A DNA stretch of 46,476 bases, from NCBI GenBank assembly GCA_051439425.1, contig JBFRWD010000127.1:1-46476 (forward strand), read 5' to 3'. This DNA is from Synechococcus sp. (lineage in GTDB: Bacteria > Cyanobacteriota > Cyanobacteriia > Thermostichales > PCC-7336). The notes below the pieces were generated by a model. The model saw nothing but the letters and a program-made list of their open reading frames with translations, ran no database searches and was not told the origin of the DNA. The position numbers and the translations under genes were made by a program. This document shows, in pieces, positions 8,873 through 19,478 of the stretch; within the stretch, counting starts at the first letter, position 1, and every line of letters starts with the position of its first letter.

Positions 8873-10238
8873 ATCTGGAACCGATGAATCTGGACCTTTT
8901 GACTCGGATGAACGCCTGTCTTTATGCAGCACAAACGTTGTTAAGCACGCTGAATTGAACGGGGAGGAATTGCGATCTCATCTGCGGCAACAATTGCAGG
9001 ATTGCCGTGCCCTCACCCTCAAGCTGTTTGGTAACTTAGATCGCCAAACACTGTGTCATCAATCCCACCCTGATTTCAGTCCGATTGGCTGGCATTTGGG
9101 GCACATAGCCATGACCGAATCGATGTGGCTATTGGAGGCGTGTGCCGGTCAGGCAGATAGTCACCCAAAATACCGACAACTGCTACTGGCGGACGGCTTA
9201 CCCAAGCGAGATCGCTGCCTTCTTCCTCCCTTGAGCGAGATGTTGGATTATCTGGCGGATGTGCGAGAGCGATCGCTGAATTATTTAGAGAAGGCCGATC
9301 TTGAAGCAGAGCAGCGGCTGTGGAACTTCATCCTGCAGCATGAATGCCAGCACGCCGAAACAGCGTCGCTGGTTCTGGCACTTCAGCGTCACCCCGCAAG
9401 CACCCTGTCCGATTGCGAGGTGACTCGGTTCTCTTCTTCCGAGATTTCGGCCGAAATGGTGGAGATTCCGGCGGGGGAGTTTGTGATGGGCAGCGATCGT
9501 CCCTGTGCTCTCGATAACGAACGCAGCAGCCATCTTGTGTTTGTTCCTGAGTTTGCGATCGATTGCTATCCAGTCACGCAACGACAGTTTGGGCAGTTTA
9601 TTGCCTCCGAGGGCTACCGAAATCCCGAGTGGTGGTCGGAAGAGGGGTGGGCCTGGTTGCAGAAAACTCCAGTACTGCAGGAAACTCCAGTGCTGCAGAA
9701 AACTCCAGTGGGTGCCCCACGCTATTGGCGATCGGGCAGAGAATTTGATGACCATCCGGTGTGTGGTGTTAGCTTTTTCGAAGCGGAGGCATATGCCAAA
9801 TTTGTCGGGAAACGGCTGCCAACGGAAGCAGAGTGGGAGAAAGCGGCGAGCTGGGGAACCGCTCTTCAGGCAAAGCGACTGTATCCGTGGGGGAATGAGA
9901 TGGGCGATCGCCGCTGCAATCTCGCCCACAGTAACGAAGGAACTACCCCAGTCACAGCATTGCTCGGCAACAGTAGTGCCTATGACTGCGCGGACATGCT
10001 GGGTAACGTGTGGGAATGGACCAACAGCTGGTTTGACGGCTATACCGGTTTTGAAGGGTTTCCCTATCGCGGCTATTCCCAGACCTATTTCGATCGCCAG
10101 CATCGCGTCTTGAAAGGGGGCAGTTGGGCTACATACCCATGGGCGATCCGAACTTCATTTCGCAATTGGTATCACCCTTGGATGCGGCAGATGTTTGCCG
10201 GTTTCCGCTGCGCTAGCGATCGGGCTCTCGAGAATTGA
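8847..10238 (+). CDS. egtB: Ergothioneine sulfoxide synthase EgtB (DinB_2 + FGE-sulfatase domains)
   Basis: SPIGWHLGHIA and QHECQHAET iron-binding His motifs; RLPTEAEWEKAA, GNVWEW, RNWY and FAGFRCA; the true start may lie further downstream. Confidence 0.85.
   Translation: MRSISNTCESGTDESGPFDSDERLSLCSTNVVKHAELNGEELRSHLRQQLQDCRALTLKLFGNLDRQTLCHQSHPDFSPIGWHLGHIAMTESMWLLEACAGQADSHPKYRQLLLADGLPKRDRCLLPPLSEMLDYLADVRERSLNYLEKADLEAEQRLWNFILQHECQHAETASLVLALQRHPASTLSDCEVTRFSSSEISAEMVEIPAGEFVMGSDRPCALDNERSSHLVFVPEFAIDCYPVTQRQFGQFIASEGYRNPEWWSEEGWAWLQKTPVLQETPVLQKTPVGAPRYWRSGREFDDHPVCGVSFFEAEAYAKFVGKRLPTEAEWEKAASWGTALQAKRLYPWGNEMGDRRCNLAHSNEGTTPVTALLGNSSAYDCADMLGNVWEWTNSWFDGYTGFEGFPYRGYSQTYFDRQHRVLKGGSWATYPWAIRTSFRNWYHPWMRQMFAGFRCASDRALEN
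9657..9710 (+). repeat. In-frame 18-bp tandem repeat x3 within egtB (LQKTPV-LQETPV-LQKTPV)
   Basis: TTGCAGAAAACTCCAGTA / CTGCAGGAAACTCCAGTG / CTGCAGAAAACTCCAGTG. Confidence 0.95.
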
Positions 10239-10240
10239 CG

Positions 10241-11326
10241 TCAGGCTGCTAAGTCAGGAAACACTTCACAAACGGCAGGATGAACGAGTCTACCGGCATG
10301 GACATTGAGGCCGGATTCCAACTCGGGGTCGCCTGTGAGTGCATCCGATCCACCCGCCGCTAGTTTAAGGACGTAGGGCAGCGTACTGTTGTTCAGTGCT
10401 TGAGTTGCGGACCAGGGGACTGCTCCTGGCATATTGGGTACTCCGTAGTGAACCACTCCTTCTTCCACATAAGTAGGTTCAGTGTGAGAGGTGGGGCGAG
10501 TGGTTTCGATACACCCCCCCTGATCGACTGCTACATCAACGATCGCCGATCCTGGCCTCATCTTGCTGACAATGTGTCGCCTCACTAAATGCGGTGCTTT
10601 CTTCCCCGGGATTAGAACGCCTCCAATCAGCAGATCGGCTTGGGGAACAACAGCTTCAATCTGAGCTGCCGTGCTGTAGAGTAGCTCCACCCGCGATCCA
10701 AACAGGGTTTCCAATTCTCCCAATCGACTCACATTAATATCGAGAATCTGTACCCGAGCCCCTAAGCCGATCGCCATCCGAGCGGCCTCGGTGCCAACGA
10801 CACCGCCCCCCAAGATTGTGACAGTCCCCGGCGTAACTCCCGGAATTCCCCCCAATAGAACCCCTCTGCCCCCTTGCTGGCGCTCTAGATACCGGGCGCC
10901 AATTTGTACCGATAAGCGTCCGGCAATGATGCTCATGGGGACGAGCAGGGGAAGGCTACGACCTCGTTCCACGGATTCGTAGGCGATCGCCGTCACATTG
11001 CTCTTCATAAGCTGCTCGGTCAGCGATCGCGACGCCGCCAGATGCAAGTAGGTAAACAACAACTGCCCCGATTTCATCAGGTCGTATTCTTGTGGCAGGG
11101 GCTCCTTAACCTTCAATACCAACTCGCGATCCCATGCTGTCTTTGCGTCGCCAACAATCCTGGCTCCAACCGCTTCGTAGTTGAGATCGCTAAAACCAGA
11201 CCCAACTCCCGCGCCTGTTTCCACACAAACGGAATGTCCTGCATGAGTTAGAGCTTGTACGCTAGCCGGACTCAGACCTACCCGAAATTCACGGTCTTTA
11301 ACTTCTTTAGGAACACCAATATCCAT
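10241..11326 (-). CDS. ald: Alanine dehydrogenase
   Basis: [42 protein letters not shown] and VPNMPGAVP motifs. Confidence 0.96.
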   Translation of the reverse strand: MDIGVPKEVKDREFRVGLSPASVQALTHAGHSVCVETGAGVGSGFSDLNYEAVGARIVGDAKTAWDRELVLKVKEPLPQEYDLMKSGQLLFTYLHLAASRSLTEQLMKSNVTAIAYESVERGRSLPLLVPMSIIAGRLSVQIGARYLERQQGGRGVLLGGIPGVTPGTVTILGGGVVGTEAARMAIGLGARVQILDINVSRLGELETLFGSRVELLYSTAAQIEAVVPQADLLIGGVLIPGKKAPHLVRRHIVSKMRPGSAIVDVAVDQGGCIETTRPTSHTEPTYVEEGVVHYGVPNMPGAVPWSATQALNNSTLPYVLKLAAGGSDALTGDPELESGLNVHAGRLVHPAVCEVFPDLAA

Positions 11327-11788
11327 AGAACTACTCCGTACAAGCGTTTACGCTAGCCAAAAACCGTGGCCATGTCTGTTACCGAATTACCTATCTCCAC
11401 CGGAACGTGAAACCTCCTCCAACAACTGATTGAATGTGTGAACCTTCAACGTAACTCTTCCTCTCCAACGCCTGCCAACGTACCCTCTCTCCGCCCTGAT
11501 ACACTCTATAGCGACTCTAGTAGTAGTGCTGAGAACTGCTTGGGCAGGAGCTCTATGAGATGCTACGACCACCTCTTTTATCGGGTTCCTTTAACAGAAC
11601 CGTACGAGTCATCAAGTTTATTAAATTGCCAAGGGGCACATAGAACTTTGCCGCTTCAATATGTAAGCAGTGAGGTTGACCAACACTCTCCCCCTCATTC
11701 CCTCTTCTTTGAACTCTTTTGTTTTTAGAACTCTTTTGTAGGTGAACCAGATACGCGAGATACAACGTCATCTCGCCGCCCTTAACGA

Positions 11789-12274
11789 ATGATCCAGACA
11801 ATACCTATTTTGAGATCCGTCGGTCGTACCTTCTGCCTGCTTCTACTCGGACTTGCTCTTATGACTCAGGTTGCTATTGCTTCTACCGTCGATTCTTCTG
11901 CCGGAAACGAAGCCAAGATCGTTGATGTCTCCACCTCCGGTCCAACATTTTCCGTCACCATCAGCAGCCCCGACACCGGTTGCGATCGCTACGCAAACTG
12001 GTGGGAAGTGATCACGACTGATGGAGAATTGATTTACCGACGAGTGCTCTTGCATAGCCACGTCAACGAGCAACCCTTTACCCGTTCGGGCGGCCCAGTC
12101 AATGTTGCCGGAGATCGCCCCTTAATCGTACGCGTTCACATGCATCCCGATGGTTACAGCTCCGAAGCTTTCAGTGGAACCATTGACGGTGGATTTATGG
12201 CAACAACATTGGAAAACAACTTTTCCCTGCAACTGGCCGAACAAGAGCCACTGCCTACGTCCTGCGCATTTTAA
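11789..12274 (+). CDS. Secreted hypothetical protein, possibly metal-binding
   Basis: Signal-peptide-like N-terminus (AIA); DTGCDRYANWWEV, LLHSHVNEQPFTRS and VHMHPDG motifs. Confidence 0.7.
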   Translation: MIQTIPILRSVGRTFCLLLLGLALMTQVAIASTVDSSAGNEAKIVDVSTSGPTFSVTISSPDTGCDRYANWWEVITTDGELIYRRVLLHSHVNEQPFTRSGGPVNVAGDRPLIVRVHMHPDGYSSEAFSGTIDGGFMATTLENNFSLQLAEQEPLPTSCAF

Positions 12275-12409
12275 TACCGCCCCTTCTCAGCATTTTGACC
12301 TCCCTCATCAATGACGCGAGCCGCTCCAGCAGGCTCCCTGTTTCCGCTGGCTTTCAGTCGCCCATTCGCGGGGTACAATTGGTCCGCCCCTCCGGAATAG
12401 TCTTGCAAC

Positions 12410-12973
12410 ATGATTTCGAGTAACGACTTTCGCACCAACACCACCATTGAGTTGGATGGCGCTCCCTGGAAAGTGCTTGAATTTTTGCACGTCAAACCCG
12501 GAAAAGGTTCTGCATTTGTCCGCACGAAGATCAAGAATATGCAGACCGGAAACAGTATGGAGCGTACCTTTCGCGCGGGTGAGATGGTGCCCCAAGCTAA
12601 CCTGGAAAAAGTGGATATGCAGTATCTCTACCAGGATGCCGACAGCTATATCTTTATGGATATGGAGACCTACGAGCAGGCTCCCTTGCTAGAAGAGCAA
12701 ATTGGCGAACAGATTAAATATTTAAAAGATGGCATGGATGTGGCTATCCTGCGCTGGAACGACACCATCATCGCAGTGGAGCTACCCAACACCGTTGTGC
12801 TGGAAGTGGTTCAAACCGACCCTGGAGTGAAGGGAGATACCGCTACCGGCGGCACTAAACCCGCCAAGCTGGAAAGTGGGGCTGAAATTCAGGTGCCCTT
12901 GTTCATCAAGATTGGCGAAAAGATCAAGGTCGATACCCGTTCGGACTCTTACCTGGGGCGCGAAAACAGTTAG
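12410..12973 (+). CDS. efp: Elongation factor P
   Basis: [31 protein letters not shown] and QVPLFI motifs. Confidence 0.98.
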   Translation: MISSNDFRTNTTIELDGAPWKVLEFLHVKPGKGSAFVRTKIKNMQTGNSMERTFRAGEMVPQANLEKVDMQYLYQDADSYIFMDMETYEQAPLLEEQIGEQIKYLKDGMDVAILRWNDTIIAVELPNTVVLEVVQTDPGVKGDTATGGTKPAKLESGAEIQVPLFIKIGEKIKVDTRSDSYLGRENS

Positions 12974-13101
12974 ATCCCGCGAAAACAGTTGGGTTCTGAT
13001 AGTTGAAGGCAGGCCGGTTCCGCTGTACCGTCGTCATTGCACGGTTGTGTTCCAGTATTGTTCTAGCGTGCCGTTGTATTAGCGTATGGAGCGGGTCACC
13101 C

Positions 13102-13614
13102 TTGAGTTCGATTAACTGGCAAGAAATCCGCAACCTGCTTGCGGCAATTGACCAATCTGAGGTTGTCGAGTTTTCGCTAGAGGCGGAGGATTTTCGCCTT
13201 ACTGTCAGTAAAAGCGATCGCGGAGCAGTCGTCACCAATGTGGTAGCTCCTCCGGCAGCGCCAGTTGAGGCTCAACCCGCACCGGCTGTATCGGCTGCTC
13301 CTGCGCCAGCCGCTCCTGTTACTCCGCCCCCTCCTGCGGCTGCACCTACCCGCCCTAACGAACCGCCCAGCCATTGGGTTCCCATTACTGCACCTATTGT
13401 CGGGACCTATTATTCGGCCCCTGCACCTGGCGAGCCCGCATTTGTTGCCCCTGGAGATCGCGTTACGGAAGGTCAAACCGTCTGCATCATCGAAGCCATG
13501 AAGGTGATGAACGAGTTGCTAGCCGAAACACCTGGCCGCATTACCGAAATCTTGGTGGAGAATGCCGAACCGGTTGAGTTTGGCCAGGTGGTAATGTACG
13601 TCGATCCGTCTTAA
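13102..13614 (+). CDS. accB: Acetyl-CoA carboxylase biotin carboxyl carrier protein
   Basis: EAMKVMNE biotinylation motif, Pro/Ala-rich linker, efp-accB synteny; TTG start at 13102 is inferred. Confidence 0.95.
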   Translation: MSSINWQEIRNLLAAIDQSEVVEFSLEAEDFRLTVSKSDRGAVVTNVVAPPAAPVEAQPAPAVSAAPAPAAPVTPPPPAAAPTRPNEPPSHWVPITAPIVGTYYSAPAPGEPAFVAPGDRVTEGQTVCIIEAMKVMNELLAETPGRITEILVENAEPVEFGQVVMYVDPS

Positions 13615-13629
13615 TCTTTTGACCCTACG

Positions 13630-14508
13630 ATGAGCACTCATCCCATTAACGGTGCAACTCAACTATTGGGCTTGATTGGGGATCCAGTAGCACACAGCTT
13701 GTCGCCAGCAATGCACAATGCTGCATTAGCGCATATGGGGGTCAATGCTGTTTACGTGCCACTGCCCGTCCTATCCGAGCGAGTCGGGACTGCCTTGGCA
13801 GGATTATCATCCATTTCGATGCGGGGTATCAACGTCACCATTCCCCACAAACAGGCTGTTCTGCCTTTTCTCGACGAAATTTCCGACACCGCTCGACACG
13901 TAGGGGCTGTCAACACAATCTATCCACTTGCCAATGGGGGATGGGGGGGGACGAATACCGATGTGAGTGGATTTCTGCATCCCTTACATCAGCTCGATCG
14001 CCCTTGGCACACTTCGGTTGCTCTCATCCTGGGGTCAGGAGGCGCGGCCCGCGCAACAATACAAGGATGCTTCGAATTGGGCTTCAAGCAGGTAGTGGTG
14101 GTCGGACGATCTCCCGATCGCTTAGCCTTGCTGCGCGAAACGTGGCCACAGATCGTAACCGCCACTTGGGAAGACCTGGCCCATTGGCTGCCCAAAACTC
14201 TCTTAGCGATCAACGCCACGCCGATCGGCATGCAGTCGGAAACCGATTCCCGTGCAGTATTGCAAACTCCACTATCTGAAGAACAACTGGCGTTATTACC
14301 CGAGACGGCGATCGTCTACGACCTGATCTACATTCCTCGGCCAACTACTTTTTTGAAATTGGCTGACGCTCGTGGCCTGACGACTTTTGACGGATTGGAG
14401 ATGCTGGTACAACAGGGGGCGATCGCTCTGTCCCTCTGGTTAGGTGGAAGCGAGGTTCCCATCGATGTCATGCGCCAAGCGGCTATGAGTCATTTGGGAT
14501 TGCTTTAG
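13630..14508 (+). CDS. aroE: Shikimate dehydrogenase
   Basis: HSLSPAMHN, NVTIPHK, GAVNT, NTD, GSGGAARA, NATPIG and GLEMLVQQG motifs. Confidence 0.96.
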   Translation: MSTHPINGATQLLGLIGDPVAHSLSPAMHNAALAHMGVNAVYVPLPVLSERVGTALAGLSSISMRGINVTIPHKQAVLPFLDEISDTARHVGAVNTIYPLANGGWGGTNTDVSGFLHPLHQLDRPWHTSVALILGSGGAARATIQGCFELGFKQVVVVGRSPDRLALLRETWPQIVTATWEDLAHWLPKTLLAINATPIGMQSETDSRAVLQTPLSEEQLALLPETAIVYDLIYIPRPTTFLKLADARGLTTFDGLEMLVQQGAIALSLWLGGSEVPIDVMRQAAMSHLGLL

Positions 14509-14712
14509 TGGTTTGTCAAGTTTGCGATGAAGAATGCCATCAAACAGAACGACACATTCCACAAGCCTGGTAGAAGATTCGCCCCATCACCTCTCTGCCG
14601 ACACTGAACTTGCCGCAAAATTGGGTCACATGCAGCAATTGTGTAGAATCTCCACGGCAATCGGTGCAAAGTAGTAGAGTAGTGGAACTAAAAACGGCGC
14701 GCTCAATTCTAT

Positions 14713-15345
14713 ATGGCTACCTCATCTCCAACAGCCCCATCTCCCACTAGCAAGCTGACTGAGGCGGCCAAGACAGGGCGGCTTATTTTGGTCACGGGGC
14801 CGAGTGGAGTCGGTAAAGGTACGTTAATAAAAGCGCTGCGGGAACGCCATCCTGATTTGGGATTTTCCGTATCTGCCACCACCCGCGCCCCACGCGAAGG
14901 GGAGCAGCATGGCATTCATTACTATTTCTACAGTCGCGAGCAATTCCAAGAACTCCGCGATCGGCAAGAATTTCTGGAATGGGCTGAATTTGCCGGTAAC
15001 TGTTACGGCACTCCCATTGCCCCAGTCATGGAACGATTGGAGGCCGGTGAAGATATTCTGTTGGAAATCGAGCTACAAGGAGCTCGTCAGGTGATGCAGC
15101 GCTGCCCCCAAGCATTCAAAATTTTCATTAGTCCCCCATCCTTAGAAGAACTCGAGCGCCGCCTGCGCGATCGCTCCTCCGATTCTGAAGACAGTATCGT
15201 GAAGCGCCTAACGACTGCCCGCACAGAGTTGCAAGCCACACATGAATTTGACGTCACGATCGTCAACGATCGCCTAGATGAAACCCTGGTGGAATTGGAG
15301 CGATTGATTTTCGATTCCCCCTCTGACTCAAATGCGGCTGGCTAA
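14713..15345 (+). CDS. gmk: Guanylate kinase
   Basis: GPSGVGKGT, SVSATTRAPREGE, EWAEF..NCYGT and PPSLEELERRL motifs. Confidence 0.96.
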   Translation: MATSSPTAPSPTSKLTEAAKTGRLILVTGPSGVGKGTLIKALRERHPDLGFSVSATTRAPREGEQHGIHYYFYSREQFQELRDRQEFLEWAEFAGNCYGTPIAPVMERLEAGEDILLEIELQGARQVMQRCPQAFKIFISPPSLEELERRLRDRSSDSEDSIVKRLTTARTELQATHEFDVTIVNDRLDETLVELERLIFDSPSDSNAAG

Positions 15346-15440
15346 TCTCTTGCCGCGAGCACCAGTATCTAAGACCATCAAAGGGGCAATTGGGACTACA
15401 TTCCGATTGCGATCGTTTGCCGCGACATGAATGGGTGTTC

Positions 15441-16559
15441 ATGACTGTACTTGGCCACATTGCCGTCATTTTAGGAACGCGACCGGAGGCCATTAAATTG
15501 GCTCCGGTCATCCAGGGATTACAATCGTCACCGGATTTTGATGTGGATGTCGTACTGACCGGACAGCATCGAGAAATGGTGGCCCAAGTGATGGATTTAT
15601 TCGAGCTATCCGCCACAGTCGATCTGAACATTATGCAGGTTGGCCAGAGTCTAACCGATATTACCGAGCGCAGTTTGCGAGGCCTAGATGACTACTGCCA
15701 GACATCTCCTCCCGATTTTGCGATTGTGCAAGGAGACACCACTACTGCCTTTGCTGCCGCTTTAGCCGCGTTCTACCAGAAAATTCCTATCGGTCATGTG
15801 GAAGCAGGCTTGAGAACAGATAACTTGTACGACCCATTTCCTGAAGAAGCAAACCGGCGTCTCATCTCACAATTGGCCACCCTTAACTTTGCTCCGACCG
15901 ATCGCGCCGTCAAAAATCTAGAGCGAGCCGAGATTCCGGGCAAAATTATCAAAACAGGCAATACCGTGATCGATGCGCTGCTGCAGGTAGCCGATAAGCA
16001 GATTGATTTCCCTATCCCAGACCTAGATTGGCGATCGCATCGTATTATCCTGGCCACCGTTCACCGGAGAGAAAACTGGGGTGCCCCCCTACGCGAGATT
16101 GCTACAGCCTTTCTCGATATCCTCAATGCTGCACCAGATACAGCATTGCTCTTACCATTGCATCGCAATCCGACAGTGCGAGAGCCGCTTACTGCCATAT
16201 TGGGGGATCATCCCCGCACGTGGCTGGTCGAGCCATTGAGTTACGGAGAGCTAGTGGCGGCCATGCAGCATAGCAGTCTGATCCTGAGTGACTCGGGCGG
16301 TATTCAAGAAGAAGCTCCCGGATTAGGTAAACCGGTCTTGGTACTCAGAAATACTACAGAGAGACCGGAGGCAATCGAGGCCGGTACCGCCAAACTGGTG
16401 GGAACCGATGCCGAAGTTATTGCGACAACAGCCCTCGATCTCCTCCGCGATCCCCAGGCGTATTCACGCATGGCACAAGCGACCAATCCGTTTGGAGACG
16501 GTAATGCCACAAGCAGAATTCTAGAGGCTTTGCGCACGAGCTTGTCCGCCCAGCCATAA
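15441..16559 (+). CDS. wecB: UDP-N-acetylglucosamine 2-epimerase (non-hydrolysing)
   Basis: GTRPEAIKLAP, TGQH, QGDT, HVEAGLRT, HRREN, DSGGIQEEAP and NPFGDG motifs. Confidence 0.96.
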   Translation: MTVLGHIAVILGTRPEAIKLAPVIQGLQSSPDFDVDVVLTGQHREMVAQVMDLFELSATVDLNIMQVGQSLTDITERSLRGLDDYCQTSPPDFAIVQGDTTTAFAAALAAFYQKIPIGHVEAGLRTDNLYDPFPEEANRRLISQLATLNFAPTDRAVKNLERAEIPGKIIKTGNTVIDALLQVADKQIDFPIPDLDWRSHRIILATVHRRENWGAPLREIATAFLDILNAAPDTALLLPLHRNPTVREPLTAILGDHPRTWLVEPLSYGELVAAMQHSSLILSDSGGIQEEAPGLGKPVLVLRNTTERPEAIEAGTAKLVGTDAEVIATTALDLLRDPQAYSRMAQATNPFGDGNATSRILEALRTSLSAQP

Positions 16560-16813
16560 CGATCTGCAAACCGCAACGTATATTCTCGAACGTCTTTCTC
16601 CGCACAGGAAAAGTTATCACGCCTCCCATTCCTCTCAACCATCCAGTGGTTTCCCACATCATCGCGGACTCATTCTTTGCCTTCCATGCTGAGAGATGGT
16701 CATGATTGGCAATCCCCCCGCGGCACGCTGTAGCGGTTTTACAGAAGTTTCGTCCTTGGCCCCGACATCTACGCTAGGCTATCTGAGCAGTCAGAATTTC
16801 ATCGCAAATCTGC

Positions 16814-17524
16814 GTGTCTACACCGTCCGCCACCATTTCAACCAATATCGCCGCGATTCGAGCACAGCTTCCAGACTCCGTCGAACTTATTGCGATCAGC
16901 AAGGGCATGCCAGCAGAGGCTGTTCGAGAAGCCTATGCATCCGGGTTGAGACATTTTGGAGAGAATCGCATTCAGGAAGCAGAAGCAAAACTCTTACAGC
17001 TTGCCGACCTCAAGGATTGCGAGTGGCATTACATCGGCCATCTGCAGACCAACAAAGTCCGAAAAGCTCTGCAACTATTTCAGTACGTCGATAGCGTTGA
17101 TTCTCTAAAGCTGGCACGACGGATCGATCGCATTGCCGCCGAACTGAGCACAACGATGCCCATTTGCCTGCAGGTCAAATTAGCGAGCGATCCCAGCAAG
17201 TACGGCTGGACACCAGCGGAACTAACCGACGCTATTCCCGAACTACTTTCCCTCCGGCAGCTCCAGCTGCGCGGATTGATGACCATTCTTCCGCAAGGGC
17301 TAACCTCCGAACGGGCGATCGAATTATTTTTCAATCTGAAACAATTGCGAGACCAACTGATAGCACTCGACCCTGCCAGATTGTCACTTTCAAGTTTGTC
17401 TATGGGCATGTCAAACGATTTTTCCTTAGCTGTCAAGGCAGGTGCGACGGAAGTACGAATTGGCAGTCGAATCTTTCGGCACAAAATCAAAAGAAAATTG
17501 GAACCAAGCAAGATTAAGAAATAG
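16814..17524 (+). CDS. pipY: YggS/PipY family PLP-binding protein
   Basis: IAISK, FGENRIQEA, WHYIGHLQTNK, LRGLMT, LSMGMSND and VRIGS motifs; upstream of sepF-proC. Confidence 0.93.
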   Translation: MSTPSATISTNIAAIRAQLPDSVELIAISKGMPAEAVREAYASGLRHFGENRIQEAEAKLLQLADLKDCEWHYIGHLQTNKVRKALQLFQYVDSVDSLKLARRIDRIAAELSTTMPICLQVKLASDPSKYGWTPAELTDAIPELLSLRQLQLRGLMTILPQGLTSERAIELFFNLKQLRDQLIALDPARLSLSSLSMGMSNDFSLAVKAGATEVRIGSRIFRHKIKRKLEPSKIKK

Positions 17525-17942
17525 CAAAAATAGATCGCTAACAATTGTTAAGTTTTTGCCGCGATCCCGAAATTGGGATTTGTATCACAGGACACTTAAT
17601 TCTACCGATAGGGTCAAAACAAGGTGAATGACTCGCAAAAAGCCCTATTTTGACCAGGTATAGTGCCTAGGCTCCTAGCGATCCCCGCAGGAAATGATGA
17701 AGTTTTGTTTCTGGACGTAATCCTGCGTTAGAAAAAGGGCCTCCATTTTTTTTTGTAAGCTCTACCAACCGTGGGCAGAGTTCGGACGTTGATGTAGTGT
17801 TTGAGGTGATCCACAGACTCGATTGCTGAACATCTCATATAAGGGTTTTTTATGTGGGCAAAGTGGTGAGTTTCATCTGGGTGATGTTTACCAAAGAAGC
17901 GATCGAGGAACCCTGACTTTATTACATTGGGGAGAATGTTTT

Positions 17943-18623
17943 ATGACCTCACTATTCGGCAAGCTTAGAGAAGCGATTGGGTTCCAAGACCCGGTCGACG
18001 ATTACGACGGTGACTACACCGAGTTTGACGGACAGGATTACCGAAATTTATACGAGCGCGAGCAATCGAACGGCCACGGGTACGGAGCATCCGGTACCTA
18101 CGGCACAGGTTATTCGTCTGATGCTCCTCCAGATTTCGCCAGTCGTCGCCGCGCCAGCGAGCCTCAAGAGGTCGTTGCTCCTCCAGATTGGAGTAGCAAA
18201 TCTCGTTCTACTCGTTCTAGCAATCGTGACCGTATAGGAGGATCGCACATGTCTGCCGGCAAAGTTATTGGGTTACCTGGGGTTCAGCAGTCCAATGGTG
18301 AGGTTCTAGTTGTCGAGCCTCGTGCGTTTGAAGAAATGGCTGAGGTAATTCAGAATTTGCGCGATCGCAAGACCGTGGTGATGAATCTGACGCTGATGGA
18401 TCCTGCAGATGCTCAGCGATCGGTTGATTTTGTTGCGGGTGGCACCTACGCTATTGACGGTCATCAAGAACGTATTGGCGAGAACATTTTCTTGTTTACA
18501 CCCAACTGCGTTTCAGTAACCACGCCGGGTAGCACCACTCAACCTGTAGCCCCAACGGCACCCGACGTCGTGCCCAGCGCTCCAGTAGAAGAGCGTCCCT
18601 GGCCAATTGCTGCAAATGGCTAG
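17943..18623 (+). CDS. sepF: Cell division protein SepF
   Basis: N-terminal amphipathic [37 protein letters not shown] and IFLFTP motifs. Confidence 0.93.
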   Translation: MTSLFGKLREAIGFQDPVDDYDGDYTEFDGQDYRNLYEREQSNGHGYGASGTYGTGYSSDAPPDFASRRRASEPQEVVAPPDWSSKSRSTRSSNRDRIGGSHMSAGKVIGLPGVQQSNGEVLVVEPRAFEEMAEVIQNLRDRKTVVMNLTLMDPADAQRSVDFVAGGTYAIDGHQERIGENIFLFTPNCVSVTTPGSTTQPVAPTAPDVVPSAPVEERPWPIAANG

Positions 18624-18647
18624 TTCTTTAAGTAACGTGCGATTGGC

Positions 18648-19478
18648 GTGACTAACTCAACCGATCTGTCTATCCCTCCCCTCAAGCTTGCAGCAATCGG
18701 AGGAGGGGCGATGGGTTCCGCACTTTTGCGAGGCATCTTGCGCGCTCAACTGCATACTCCCCAAGTGGTTGGTGTTAGCGAACCCGACCGAAAACGTGGG
18801 ACCGATTTAGCAGATGAGTTAGACATTCATTACCTGCCTGACAACACCGTAGCGGCGCAAGCTGAGACGGTGTTGTTGGCGATCAAGCCCCAAGTCTTCC
18901 CGATAGTTGCTGACCAGCTGCGACCGCACTTAAGCGCAAAACTGGTTATCTCTATTCTGGCGGGGACATCAATCTCGCAGCTAGAATCGGCGTTTCCCGG
19001 TGTTGCTGTTGTTCGGGTCATGCCCAACACACCAGCATTGGTGGGAGAGGGAATGACGGCTCTTAGTTTTGGAGAGCACGTTACTGAATCGAATCGAAAT
19101 GAAGCAACAGCTCTATTCAAATCTGTCGGACGGGTGATTTCGGTACCGGAATCTCAAATGGATGCAATTACGGCCCTATCTGGATCTGGGCCGGGATATA
19201 TGGCAACGATTGTGGAAGCCTTATCTGATGGAGGCGTGAAGGCTGGATTGCCAAGAGCAATCGCAACAGAATTGGCGGTTCAGACGATGTTGGGTTCGGC
19301 TAAGCTCCTACAACAGGAACAGCTACACCCTGCTGTCCTAAAGGATCGAGTAACTAGTCCGGGGGGAACAACGATCTCAGGTATCGCAGAGTTAGAACGA
19401 CAGGGTTTGCGAGCTGCGTTAATCGATGCCGTGCAGGCAGCCAAGCAGCGATCGGAAGAACTGCGTGCCAACAGCTAA
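18648..19478 (+). CDS. proC: Pyrroline-5-carboxylate reductase
   Basis: IGGGAMG, LAIKPQ, RVMPNTP, SGSGPGY and VTSPGGTT motifs. Confidence 0.96.
   Translation: MTNSTDLSIPPLKLAAIGGGAMGSALLRGILRAQLHTPQVVGVSEPDRKRGTDLADELDIHYLPDNTVAAQAETVLLAIKPQVFPIVADQLRPHLSAKLVISILAGTSISQLESAFPGVAVVRVMPNTPALVGEGMTALSFGEHVTESNRNEATALFKSVGRVISVPESQMDAITALSGSGPGYMATIVEALSDGGVKAGLPRAIATELAVQTMLGSAKLLQQEQLHPAVLKDRVTSPGGTTISGIAELERQGLRAALIDAVQAAKQRSEELRANS

Noticed and set aside
9285..10103. 272-aa antisense ORF with a WSFLQH repeat
   Set aside because: Shadow of egtB; the repeat is the same 18-bp DNA repeat read on the other strand.
8847..10238. Selenoneine (SenA) or ovothiol (OvoA) synthase interpretation
   Set aside because: No SenB/SenC neighbours, no C-terminal methyltransferase domain, and the adjacent egtC favours EgtB.
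11387..11801. Short ORFs in the ald / secreted-protein spacer
   Set aside because: Overlapping low-complexity ORFs without motifs; more likely a divergent promoter region.
16630..16705. LNHP peptide upstream of pipY resembling the PipX N-terminus
   Set aside because: Only four residues match, what follows is unlike PipX, and a stop comes soon after.
17582..17595. GTATCACAGGACAC as a possible NtcA site before sepF
   Set aside because: Mismatch in the TAC half-site and no properly spaced -10 box.
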